Shown: piece by piece, positions 48,501 through 55,738 of the stretch | How the letters are laid out: every line of letters begins with the position of its first letter | Numbering within the stretch: the first letter of the stretch is position 1 | NCBI GenBank assembly: GCA_035776755.1 | Contig: DASTWS010000006.1 | Span: 6,777 to 70,776 of the forward strand | Origin: Verrucomicrobiia bacterium | Lineage (GTDB): Bacteria; Verrucomicrobiota; Verrucomicrobiia; Limisphaerales; UBA11358 | Reading direction: 5' to 3' | DNA length: 64,000 bases | Position numbers and translations under genes: made by a program | The notes under the pieces: model-generated | Told to the model about the DNA's origin: nothing | The model's input: the letters and a program-made list of their open reading frames with translations, nothing else | Databases searched by the model: none

Positions 48501-49220
48501 ATGAATGGCACATTAACAATTGCGTCCGGGGCAACCTTCATTCCGGGCGGCGATGGTGTTGGCACAACCTATGTTTATAAAGGAACTGCCGCGGCTTCCA
48601 CTTTCCCGGCGCGCGTGATATTTGCACAAGGTTCAACCAATATCTTTAAGGTAAACAAAGATTTGGGAACTTATACCCGGATCGGTGCTGACTTTATTGA
48701 TTACGGAGGGAGTGCAAGTGTTAAGAGTTACAACGGCGGCACGCTTCAATTCGTAAACGTTGGCTCACTGCCTTATGCGGCTGGCGATTCCTTCAATATC
48801 GCTTTTTATTCGGAAAGCGGTGGAGCGTTCAGCACATATAGCGGCACGGCAACTAATACTTATCCCATTCTTGATCCGCCGGCGCCGGCTTCGGGGTTGG
48901 CGTGGAACATCAATAACCTCACGTTGGGCGGAACCGTAAAAATCGTTGGCGTATCGACCAATACATTTAACCTGGGATTTGTTCCCACCTTTACGACGCT
49001 GGTTACGACAAACAGCACGAACAACGTTATCATTGGTAATTTGTCATGGCCGGGCACGAACACGGGCTGGCGGTTGCAACAATTGCAAACAGCTTTGACC
49101 AACGGCTTGTCGGCGACAAACTGGCAGGACGTTTTTGGTTCTGCGTGGACCAACAACGTCGTCTTTACAAATAATATTGCTACAAACACCGCGACGTTTT
49201 ATCGCATGGTTTATCCGTAA
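45585..49220 (+). CDS. giant (1211 aa) secreted beta-strand-repeat protein (autotransporter-associated beta-strand repeat-like), copy 1
   Basis: Long N-terminal signal (MNKKQTTAL...LALFVVIVVSLFCPAGNAVAQ). T/N/G/S-rich beta-repeat sequence. WRG..ANWD...NW...F.NGDNVTFDD...Y.F.GSG.I.G...KKGSN.L block typical of the repeat family. Ends in FYRMVYP. Confidence 0.75.
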   Translation: MNKKQTTALAVRVFQRGGIQKKIEATFGVKVLALFVVIVVSLFCPAGNAVAQTLRFKSGQDVVTVPAGFNGSAVVTNQVTISGLGGNYMTLSLSGLPTGITGAITDLAGNPVASTNTSTGLKINLTGAGVADGAYTFSINASGLDTNSSPVANSLNYTLEAGYIWNGSTNVALDGPGSWTDSAKWLGGGVPDASSDVVIADSGSQTNFLVGGALKPNIVVNSDATVGSIRFSATNSGPVGNGVWQTLGIGGGKTLSVVGANGFSVLRDYIADSGYGNMLNAVNVVIAGTNGAMLVVSNETANFSVLTDTSGNNRLSVLDMSPLDNLVLDVSRMALGDYTAYPNYMNFSIANSYNGVPRRFLPNVNLAKTNIIKAVFADPYNYTNGINRQFSVSFLNSEQSGSSTQPNLLLGIDNEFYVDSVNFVGANQQGNVRFNAGLRVATNIVVGVSTNYFTNSMSAYFRGTNGGTMSLFSISDCSGTNGAGSNAKATVDFSLGSLNIMADRFYIGRDRPKINGGQNPNYQGFFIMGNGSVEVNNAILGFQEYSDQTNQATFNGYCEGSVTILSNGLFQVNDDLILGYCTQTNTLGLGSAGNTTYGKLFVYNGGTLTANKIEVGIPAYTSANNLIVVSNNSTLVVSNTIASTNKMLDSLSFYNSTLSLSVDGTATTPYVFATNLVTVGNNTINIMSVANPGSVAVPLIRYVTPGATFSTLNMPGGLVGVLIDDGVGTFYLNILTNAPKTLTWRGYSDANWDLTTKNWLDSATGLHTNFANGDNVTFDDAASIPTTVNAAVSTLIVGSMTITNTANAYVFNGSGNIVGSAVKKGSNSLEIDDPSSLNIEIDNGSLTGSGTLGQVTVLSGAQMNYTGNLKGGILCGGIGTVSGNVVGSLTLQAGGVFTNKGTINNSFTTANGSLLVNELNAEFRTFASSTIVSNSIVINRGYIGGTSQSTAGQSITVNNGGMFEDTGEGWLTMNGTLTIASGATFIPGGDGVGTTYVYKGTAAASTFPARVIFAQGSTNIFKVNKDLGTYTRIGADFIDYGGSASVKSYNGGTLQFVNVGSLPYAAGDSFNIAFYSESGGAFSTYSGTATNTYPILDPPAPASGLAWNINNLTLGGTVKIVGVSTNTFNLGFVPTFTTLVTTNSTNNVIIGNLSWPGTNTGWRLQQLQTALTNGLSATNWQDVFGSAWTNNVVFTNNIATNTATFYRMVYP

Positions 49221-49237
49221 AACGATACGAACAATCG

Positions 49238-49276
49238 AGCCGGAGTTGAGTTGAATCTCATCTCCGGCTTTTTTAT
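49238..49276 (+). terminator. intrinsic terminator of cassette 1
   Basis: AGCCGGAG..GAG-loop-CTC..CTCCGGCT followed by TTTTTTATTT. Confidence 0.75.
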
Positions 49277-49539
49277 TTATCTGAATTCGATGAAAGTTTG
49301 GCAGTTTTCTTAAATAAACATCCCCAATTTTGTCACTTTTGTTAAGTGGGTCACCACAACTGTGGATGTTATTGCAAATTGTAACCTTTAGTTGCGATGT
49401 TCAGAGTTATTTCCTGTGTTAGGTTTTAATCAAGCTTCATCTCATCTTTTCCGGAGATGTTTTGTCGTGTTGCAGTGAGAGTTGTCTGGCGGACCGACGG
49501 TGATCTTACGGATAACGCTCGACGTTTGATTAAAACAAT

Positions 49540-50490
49540 ATGATTTATAAGAAAAACGCAGTCGTCTTTAGCAATTCAGTTTCTCGAAGCGCGCAAAGCG
49601 GTTTTACCCTGATTGAGCTTTTGGTTGTAATAGCAATTATTGCGATATTGGCCGCCATGTTGTTGCCGGCGCTGGCTCGAGCCAAGGAAAGGGCAAAGGC
49701 GATACAATGTTTAAGCAATACCAAGCAATTGACTTTGGGCTGGCTGGAGGCTGAAGGGGATAATGATGATTCGTTTATTGCGCAGAATAAGATCATCGAT
49801 TCCGGCACGGGGGTCGGACAAAATTTTATGGATTGGGGAACGACTGGCAATGAGATTGATACTGTAGGGCTTGCGGGACCAAAAGCGGGATTGGCTCCCT
49901 ATTGTGGAAACCCGAAAGTTTGGAAGTGCCCTTCGGACACATATTTGAGCTCAGCGCAGGACAGTGCCGGTTACAATGAACGTTCTCGCAGTTACGCAAT
50001 CAACGGCGTGTTGGGTAATGGCAGCTCCGGGCCTGAAATAAAAACAGATTATCAAAACAGAAAGTATTTTGGGCATTCCGCCACGACAGGGATTGGGCTC
50101 AACCGGACGGCTCAAAAGACTTCTGATTTATCCATCAGTGGTTCTGCCAACTGCATTGTGTTTTTGGACGAGCAGGCAGACAGCATCGACGATGCGCTTT
50201 TCATGTTTGATATCACCGACACAGGTGGAAGTGGCGAATACTGGCGTAATCTTCCGGCTTCCTATCACAATGGTTCGGGAGAATTTTCGTTTGCCGATGG
50301 TCATTCGGAGTTGCACAAATGGTTGGAAAAAGGTGGAACGACTCCGCCGGAAAAGGCGCGGAGAACGGTTTATCAGGTGACGACGCAACATTCATCGCTT
50401 AACACGCCCTATTGGGGATCGTCTTTTACGTTTTCCTCCAGCAAGGACTGGCAATGGTTCGCCGACCATATGCCTTACAGAGGTCAATAA
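49540..50490 (+). CDS. prepilin-type N-terminal cleavage/methylation domain protein with H-X9-DG motif (pseudopilin-like), copy 2
   Basis: The class III signal and H-X9-DG motif are the same as in copy 1. My hand alignment finds about 32 substitutions and no indels over about 293 mature residues. Confidence 0.85.
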   Translation: MIYKKNAVVFSNSVSRSAQSGFTLIELLVVIAIIAILAAMLLPALARAKERAKAIQCLSNTKQLTLGWLEAEGDNDDSFIAQNKIIDSGTGVGQNFMDWGTTGNEIDTVGLAGPKAGLAPYCGNPKVWKCPSDTYLSSAQDSAGYNERSRSYAINGVLGNGSSGPEIKTDYQNRKYFGHSATTGIGLNRTAQKTSDLSISGSANCIVFLDEQADSIDDALFMFDITDTGGSGEYWRNLPASYHNGSGEFSFADGHSELHKWLEKGGTTPPEKARRTVYQVTTQHSSLNTPYWGSSFTFSSSKDWQWFADHMPYRGQ

Positions 50491-50531
50491 AATTTCGCAA
50501 CATCAAATCCTAATCCACAAAAAACCAAAAT

Positions 50532-53500
50532 ATGAATAAAAAACAAATAACAGCGTTAATGTGTCGCGTTCTCGGTCGCGACAGTATTCGAGAAAGGAAT
50601 GTCACGGAATTGGGTTTGCGGGCATGGGCTTTTGTGGCAGCGGTTGTAATCGGGTTGATTTCGTCGGCCAGCGATGGCAATGCGCAATCGGTTGGCACCG
50701 TGGCGCAACCAGTGCGGGTAACGGTTCCAATCAATTCGACTTTATCGAATGGTGTTGCTTTTACGACCACGTTAAGCGGCACGGTAAACCCGGAAACTCT
50801 AAGCCTGTCCTCGCTTCCGGCGGGTGTCACCTATAGCTTCAGCACAAACAACTTCACCAACACGGTTTCCGGCACTTTGTCGCTTTTTACGACGGACGTT
50901 CCTGAAGGCATTTATACCTACAGCCTCGATGAGAACGGCGATGCGACGGGAAATCTCCTGTTGCAAATTCAATCGGCGCATCTTTGGACCGGTGCGGTAA
51001 GCAGTGACTTTGCAGATGCTGGCAATTGGGCGGGCGGATTGCCGGGACCGGGTGATGATATTGTTTTCACCGATACAAATGGGTTGGGGCATGGAGCAAC
51101 TACAACAAACGTGTGGGTCACTGCTAACACAGAAATCGGTTCATTGCGCCAAGCCATAACTTCTGGTGGAACGCGTCGCGATAACATCCAAATTGATGAC
51201 GGAGTGACGCTTTCAATCACAGGCACAAATGGCGTTTCATTGGGATTGCGCGATAATTCTGATACTTACCAAAGTTGGGAATTTGCCTTTATGGGCAATG
51301 GAGGAACTTTAGTGGTAAGTAATCAGGATGCGGATTTCGATACGTTTGCAATTGAAAACCAAACGCCATATTACTACATGGACAATTTGGGCACATTCGT
51401 AGCTAATCTCCATCAAATCCATTTGAGCGACTATACAGTTTATCCCAATTGGCAAAGTCTCCAAGATAATGGATATAAAAACGCCGCTTTGCCGCGACGT
51501 CTGCCAGTGCCTGAATTTCATTGGGCGCGAACGAATCTTGTTTATTTGAATTTCGCCGGCGATCCAAATGACTGGAATGATCCTGCCATTCATCAATATT
51601 CGATGATGGTTGGCAACGATAATTACATTAGCGGTAGCACACAGCGTCATCCGTTTTACTTTGGCATCTATAATCTTTTCGAAATGAACAGCGTCTGTTT
51701 TGCCGGCTCGGGCGTTTCAATGGATAGTTCTGGAGCGGCTAAATTTAACACGGCTTTTACCGCTTCGAATTGCATCGCAATCTTCCGTGGAACCAACGGC
51801 ATGAGTGATCGCATGGCAATGTTCGCCATTGCGGACAACGCCGGTGTTGGTGCGTCGGGCAGCTCATCAAAGGCCGTCATTGATTTTTCGGCGGGAACGA
51901 TTGACGCGCTGGTGGACAAACTTTATATCGGTCGCGACCGAACCAATTCTTCCGGTTCAATCGGTCAAGGTGTTTTGACCATCGGCCAAGGCACTTTCGA
52001 CGTGAACACAGCCATTTTGGGCTATCAGTCACTGAGCAATAATTTGGGAACAGGAATTGATTATTGCCAGGCCACGGTGAACGTTACTAGCAATGGTTTG
52101 TTCAACGTAAATGACGAATTGGCGCTGGGCTATACATCGGCCGAATTAACGAATACTGCCAGCGCGCAAAGCGGCTTCGGCAAAGTAAATATCAGCTCGG
52201 GTGGAACGGTTGCTGCCAACACGATCACCGTCGGTGGCATCACCAAGATTTCTGCAGATAACGAAATCAACCTCAACGGGGGCAACCTGGTTGTTTCAAA
52301 CACAATTGCTTCGGCTGAGAAGCCTTTGACGACATTGAGTTTCGCCAACGATTCGACAATGACGCTTTTCGTTGATGGCACGGCGACGGAGCCATATGTC
52401 TATACGACGAACCTGACGACTTCTGGAAATAATATCATTAACATCGGAGCCGTGGCGAATCCCGCCTCGGTCGTCATTCCGCTCATCAGCTATGTGACTC
52501 CCGGAGCGAGTTTTGCCGGAGTAACCATGCCCAGTGGTTTGACAGGTAATCTGGTTGATGACGGTGTGGGAACGATTTATCTGCAAATATCCACCAATGC
52601 GCCGAAGAACCTTGCCTGGCGCGGCTACGTTGACGGCAACTGGGATTTAACGACCAAAAACTGGCTGGATCTGGACACCGGCATTCAGACCAATTTTGCG
52701 AATGGCGACAACGCCACCTTTGATGACACGGCTGCAATCCCGACGACAATCACAATTCCTTCGGCCATTGTTGCCACATCCATTACGGTTACCAATACGG
52801 CAAACGCATATGTGTTTAGCGGTTCTGGCAATTTAATTGGTCACATTGTTAAAGACGGTGACAATTCTCTTGAAATTGATGCTCCCACTTCTGTGAGCAT
52901 CGAAATTGACAAGGGCTCTTTAATTGGCTCCGGCGTTGGCAGTGTCGGCCAGGTTACGGTTCTTTCGGGGGCCGAAATGAATTATCAGGGTAAAATCAAA
53001 GGCGCCATACTTTGCGGCGGTATCGGCACGGTTTCAGGAGATGTCGTTGGTGCAGTAACACTCCAATCGGGAAGCGTCTTCACCAATAACGGCACGATTC
53101 ACAATTCATTCACCACGGCAGACGGCTCGTTGCTGGTTAACGAGTTGAACGCCCAGTTTGTGAATTTTGGAACCTGCACCGTTGCTTCCAATTCGATTGT
53201 CATCAATCGCGGTTACATCGGCGGTCAAAGCCAAAGCACGGCCGGCCAGAATGTTACTGTCAATAACGGCGGCACTTTTGAAGATACCGGCGAAGGATGG
53301 CTCATTCTGAATGGCACTTTGACCATTGGTTCCGGCGGAACATTTATCCCCGGCGGTGACGGCATCGGCACCACATATGTTTATAAAGGCAGCGTCTCGT
53401 CCGGCTTCCCGGCGCGTATCCTGTTGTCGCAGGGGTCGACCAATATCTTTAAGGTCAACAAAGACTTGGGACTGAACACACAAATCCAAGGCGACTATGT

Positions 53501-54023
53501 GGACTACGGCGGCAGTTCCAGTGTTCCGAACAATAACGGATGCACGCTGCAATTTGTAAATGTCGGCTCCACGCCATTCGCGGCGGGAGATACATTTACG
53601 ATTGCAAGATATTCTGAAAGCGGCGGTTCCTTCTCGACGTTTACCGGAACGGCCACCAATACTTATCCGGTCATGGATCCGCCGGCTCCGGCTGACGGAT
53701 TGGGATGGAACATCAATAACCTCACCATGAGCGGTGTGGTCAATATCGTCGGTGTCTCAACGAATACATTTAATGTTGGATTTACTCCGACTTTTACGAC
53801 GTTGATCACTCCGACCAGCACCAATGCCGCGATTATCGGCAATCTATCATGGCCGGGCACGAACACCGGCTGGCGCTTGCAACAATTGCAGACAGCGTTG
53901 ACCAATGGCTTGTCGGCGACCAATTGGACTGATGTATTCGGTTCGCAGTGGACCAACAGCTACACGTTTACCAATAACGTCACTACAAACACAGCAACGT
54001 TCTATCGCATGGTTTATCCCTAA
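50532..54023 (+). CDS. giant (1163 aa) secreted beta-strand-repeat protein, copy 2
   Basis: The architecture matches 45585-49220. The N-terminus is MNKKQITAL..., and the C-terminal roughly 475 aa are collinear with copy 1, ending in the identical TNTATFYRMVYP. Confidence 0.75.
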   Translation: MNKKQITALMCRVLGRDSIRERNVTELGLRAWAFVAAVVIGLISSASDGNAQSVGTVAQPVRVTVPINSTLSNGVAFTTTLSGTVNPETLSLSSLPAGVTYSFSTNNFTNTVSGTLSLFTTDVPEGIYTYSLDENGDATGNLLLQIQSAHLWTGAVSSDFADAGNWAGGLPGPGDDIVFTDTNGLGHGATTTNVWVTANTEIGSLRQAITSGGTRRDNIQIDDGVTLSITGTNGVSLGLRDNSDTYQSWEFAFMGNGGTLVVSNQDADFDTFAIENQTPYYYMDNLGTFVANLHQIHLSDYTVYPNWQSLQDNGYKNAALPRRLPVPEFHWARTNLVYLNFAGDPNDWNDPAIHQYSMMVGNDNYISGSTQRHPFYFGIYNLFEMNSVCFAGSGVSMDSSGAAKFNTAFTASNCIAIFRGTNGMSDRMAMFAIADNAGVGASGSSSKAVIDFSAGTIDALVDKLYIGRDRTNSSGSIGQGVLTIGQGTFDVNTAILGYQSLSNNLGTGIDYCQATVNVTSNGLFNVNDELALGYTSAELTNTASAQSGFGKVNISSGGTVAANTITVGGITKISADNEINLNGGNLVVSNTIASAEKPLTTLSFANDSTMTLFVDGTATEPYVYTTNLTTSGNNIINIGAVANPASVVIPLISYVTPGASFAGVTMPSGLTGNLVDDGVGTIYLQISTNAPKNLAWRGYVDGNWDLTTKNWLDLDTGIQTNFANGDNATFDDTAAIPTTITIPSAIVATSITVTNTANAYVFSGSGNLIGHIVKDGDNSLEIDAPTSVSIEIDKGSLIGSGVGSVGQVTVLSGAEMNYQGKIKGAILCGGIGTVSGDVVGAVTLQSGSVFTNNGTIHNSFTTADGSLLVNELNAQFVNFGTCTVASNSIVINRGYIGGQSQSTAGQNVTVNNGGTFEDTGEGWLILNGTLTIGSGGTFIPGGDGIGTTYVYKGSVSSGFPARILLSQGSTNIFKVNKDLGLNTQIQGDYVDYGGSSSVPNNNGCTLQFVNVGSTPFAAGDTFTIARYSESGGSFSTFTGTATNTYPVMDPPAPADGLGWNINNLTMSGVVNIVGVSTNTFNVGFTPTFTTLITPTSTNAAIIGNLSWPGTNTGWRLQQLQTALTNGLSATNWTDVFGSQWTNSYTFTNNVTTNTATFYRMVYP

Positions 54024-54039
54024 ACGATAAAACAATCAG

Positions 54040-54076
54040 AGCCGGAGCTGAGTTTAAACCTCACTCCGGCTTTTTA
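54040..54076 (+). terminator. intrinsic terminator of cassette 2
   Basis: AGCCGGAGCTGAG-loop-CTCACTCCGGCT followed by TTTTTAATT. It is homologous to 49238-49276. Confidence 0.75.
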
Positions 54077-54135
54077 ATTACCTTTGAATAAAAACACGCT
54101 AACCGATATTTCGCCTAACACGTCTGATAGTCCCA

Positions 54136-55539
54136 ATGAAACGATTTTTGCCACAGTTGATTGCTATTTCAGTATTTTCTTTATCACTTCCAGTTTTTGT
54201 ATCCGCCAAAGAACAATTGGCTTTCCCGACTGCTGAAGGTTATGGCCGCCTCGCAGCCGGCGGGCGCGGCGGACGCGTCATCCATGTCACGAATTTGAAC
54301 GATTCCGGTCCCGGCAGTTTGCGGGCCGCCGTTGAAGCGACTGGGCCGCGCACAGTTGTATTCGACGTTTCCGGACTTATTACCTTGGAATCGCGACTGA
54401 TTATCCGCCATCAAAATTCCAACCTCACCATTGCCGGCCAAACCGCGCCGGGCAAGGGCATTTGCATCCGCAAATATAATTTCGGAATGCTTGGCGCCAC
54501 CAATGTCATCATCCGTTATATCCGCGTCCGGCCCGGCAACATTTCCGGAACCACTCTGGACGGAATGGGAATGGCCTCGGCGAACGATTGCATCATTGAC
54601 CATTGTTCTATCAGTTGGACGATTGACGAAGCATTCAGTTCGCGCGGCGCAAAAAACATCACCCTCCAGCGCACGCTGATTTCCGAAGCGCTCAATGACG
54701 CCGGCCATAAAAAATATCCGCCTGGCACACAACACGGATATGCCGCGAGCATCGGCGGCGACATCGGCAGCTTCCATCACAATCTTCTCGCCGATAACGA
54801 AGGACGCAATTGGAGTCTTGCCGGCGGTTTGAATAAAAATCCACCGACTTATGCCGGACGATTGGATTTGCGGAACAACGTCGTTTTCAACTGGAAATCC
54901 CGCGCGACCGACGGCGGCGCGCATGAAGTCGATTTTGTCGGTAACTATTACAAGCCCGGTCCGGCGACAAAATTCTTTTACGCTTTGAATGCTCAATACG
55001 GCGGATTTCCCGGCACGCAGCAATACTATTTTGCCGGCAACGTGATGCCCGGTCATTTCGGTTTGACGAACGAAGAAATGGGTCGCGAAGCAACGACCGA
55101 ACGCGGCGGGCGATTGCCGAAGGATTACAGCCCATGGGTTGATAAAGAATTTTTTCCGTCGTATGTGAAAACGCAGACGGCAGCAGAAGCCTATACAAAC
55201 GTCCTCGCAAATGTCGGCTGCAATTTTCCCGTGCTCGACGATCACGATCAACGAATCATCAACGAAGTCCGCACCGGCAAAACGACATTCAAAGGCAGTC
55301 GCACCGGATTGCCTGGACTGCCGGATTCACAGGACGATGTCGGCGGCTGGGAAAATTATCCGGAAATCCATCGCGCTGCCGATTGGGACACGGATGGTGA
55401 TGGAATGCCCGACACTTGGGAAAAAACGCACGGTTTGAATCCTCAGGATCCGTCCGACGGAAACAAAGACCTGAACGGCGACGGCTATACCAATTTGGAA
55501 AAATATCTCAATTCATTGGCAGGAGAATATTCAATTTAA
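54136..55539 (+). CDS. pectate lyase (PL1-like), paralog A, with C-terminal dockerin/TSP3-like Ca-loop tail
   Basis: Signal peptide. AFPTAEGYGRLAAGGRGGRVIHVTNLNDSGPGSLR. DCIIDHCSISW (the vWiDH-type motif). Tail DTDGDGMPDTWE...DLNGDGYTNLEKYLN. Confidence 0.8.
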   Translation: MKRFLPQLIAISVFSLSLPVFVSAKEQLAFPTAEGYGRLAAGGRGGRVIHVTNLNDSGPGSLRAAVEATGPRTVVFDVSGLITLESRLIIRHQNSNLTIAGQTAPGKGICIRKYNFGMLGATNVIIRYIRVRPGNISGTTLDGMGMASANDCIIDHCSISWTIDEAFSSRGAKNITLQRTLISEALNDAGHKKYPPGTQHGYAASIGGDIGSFHHNLLADNEGRNWSLAGGLNKNPPTYAGRLDLRNNVVFNWKSRATDGGAHEVDFVGNYYKPGPATKFFYALNAQYGGFPGTQQYYFAGNVMPGHFGLTNEEMGREATTERGGRLPKDYSPWVDKEFFPSYVKTQTAAEAYTNVLANVGCNFPVLDDHDQRIINEVRTGKTTFKGSRTGLPGLPDSQDDVGGWENYPEIHRAADWDTDGDGMPDTWEKTHGLNPQDPSDGNKDLNGDGYTNLEKYLNSLAGEYSI

Positions 55540-55738
55540 CGGGATCGCGCATTCAGCGAAATTTCGCAAAAAGTTTGGCAATAATCTCATTGATAATGAC
55601 AGTTGTAACATTGAGGTTAAGAAGGCCGTCCGATATTTTTACACCATGAAGCGATTTCGAATTTATTCGATTTTCCTTTTGGCTTTATTGACGGCGGGAG
55701 TGCGAAGCTATCCAAAATTCCAGACTGAAAAGTAAGAC

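Larger units (their letters stand above)
44557..54076 (+). repeat. tandem duplication of a two-gene cassette (prepilin-type gene + giant gene + terminator)
   Basis: Cassette 1 is 44557-49276 and cassette 2 is 49540-54076. Both have the same gene order, homologous products and near-identical terminator hairpins. Confidence 0.85.

Noticed and set aside
45585-54023. Known anchoring or secretion domains in the giants (PEP-CTERM, autotransporter beta-barrel, LPXTG, T9SS CTD, RTX/T1SS glycine repeats)
   Set aside because: I looked for these by eye at both termini and found none convincingly. The C-terminus is instead the LSWP...FYRMVYP domain, reported as a finding. HMM searches are needed to be sure.
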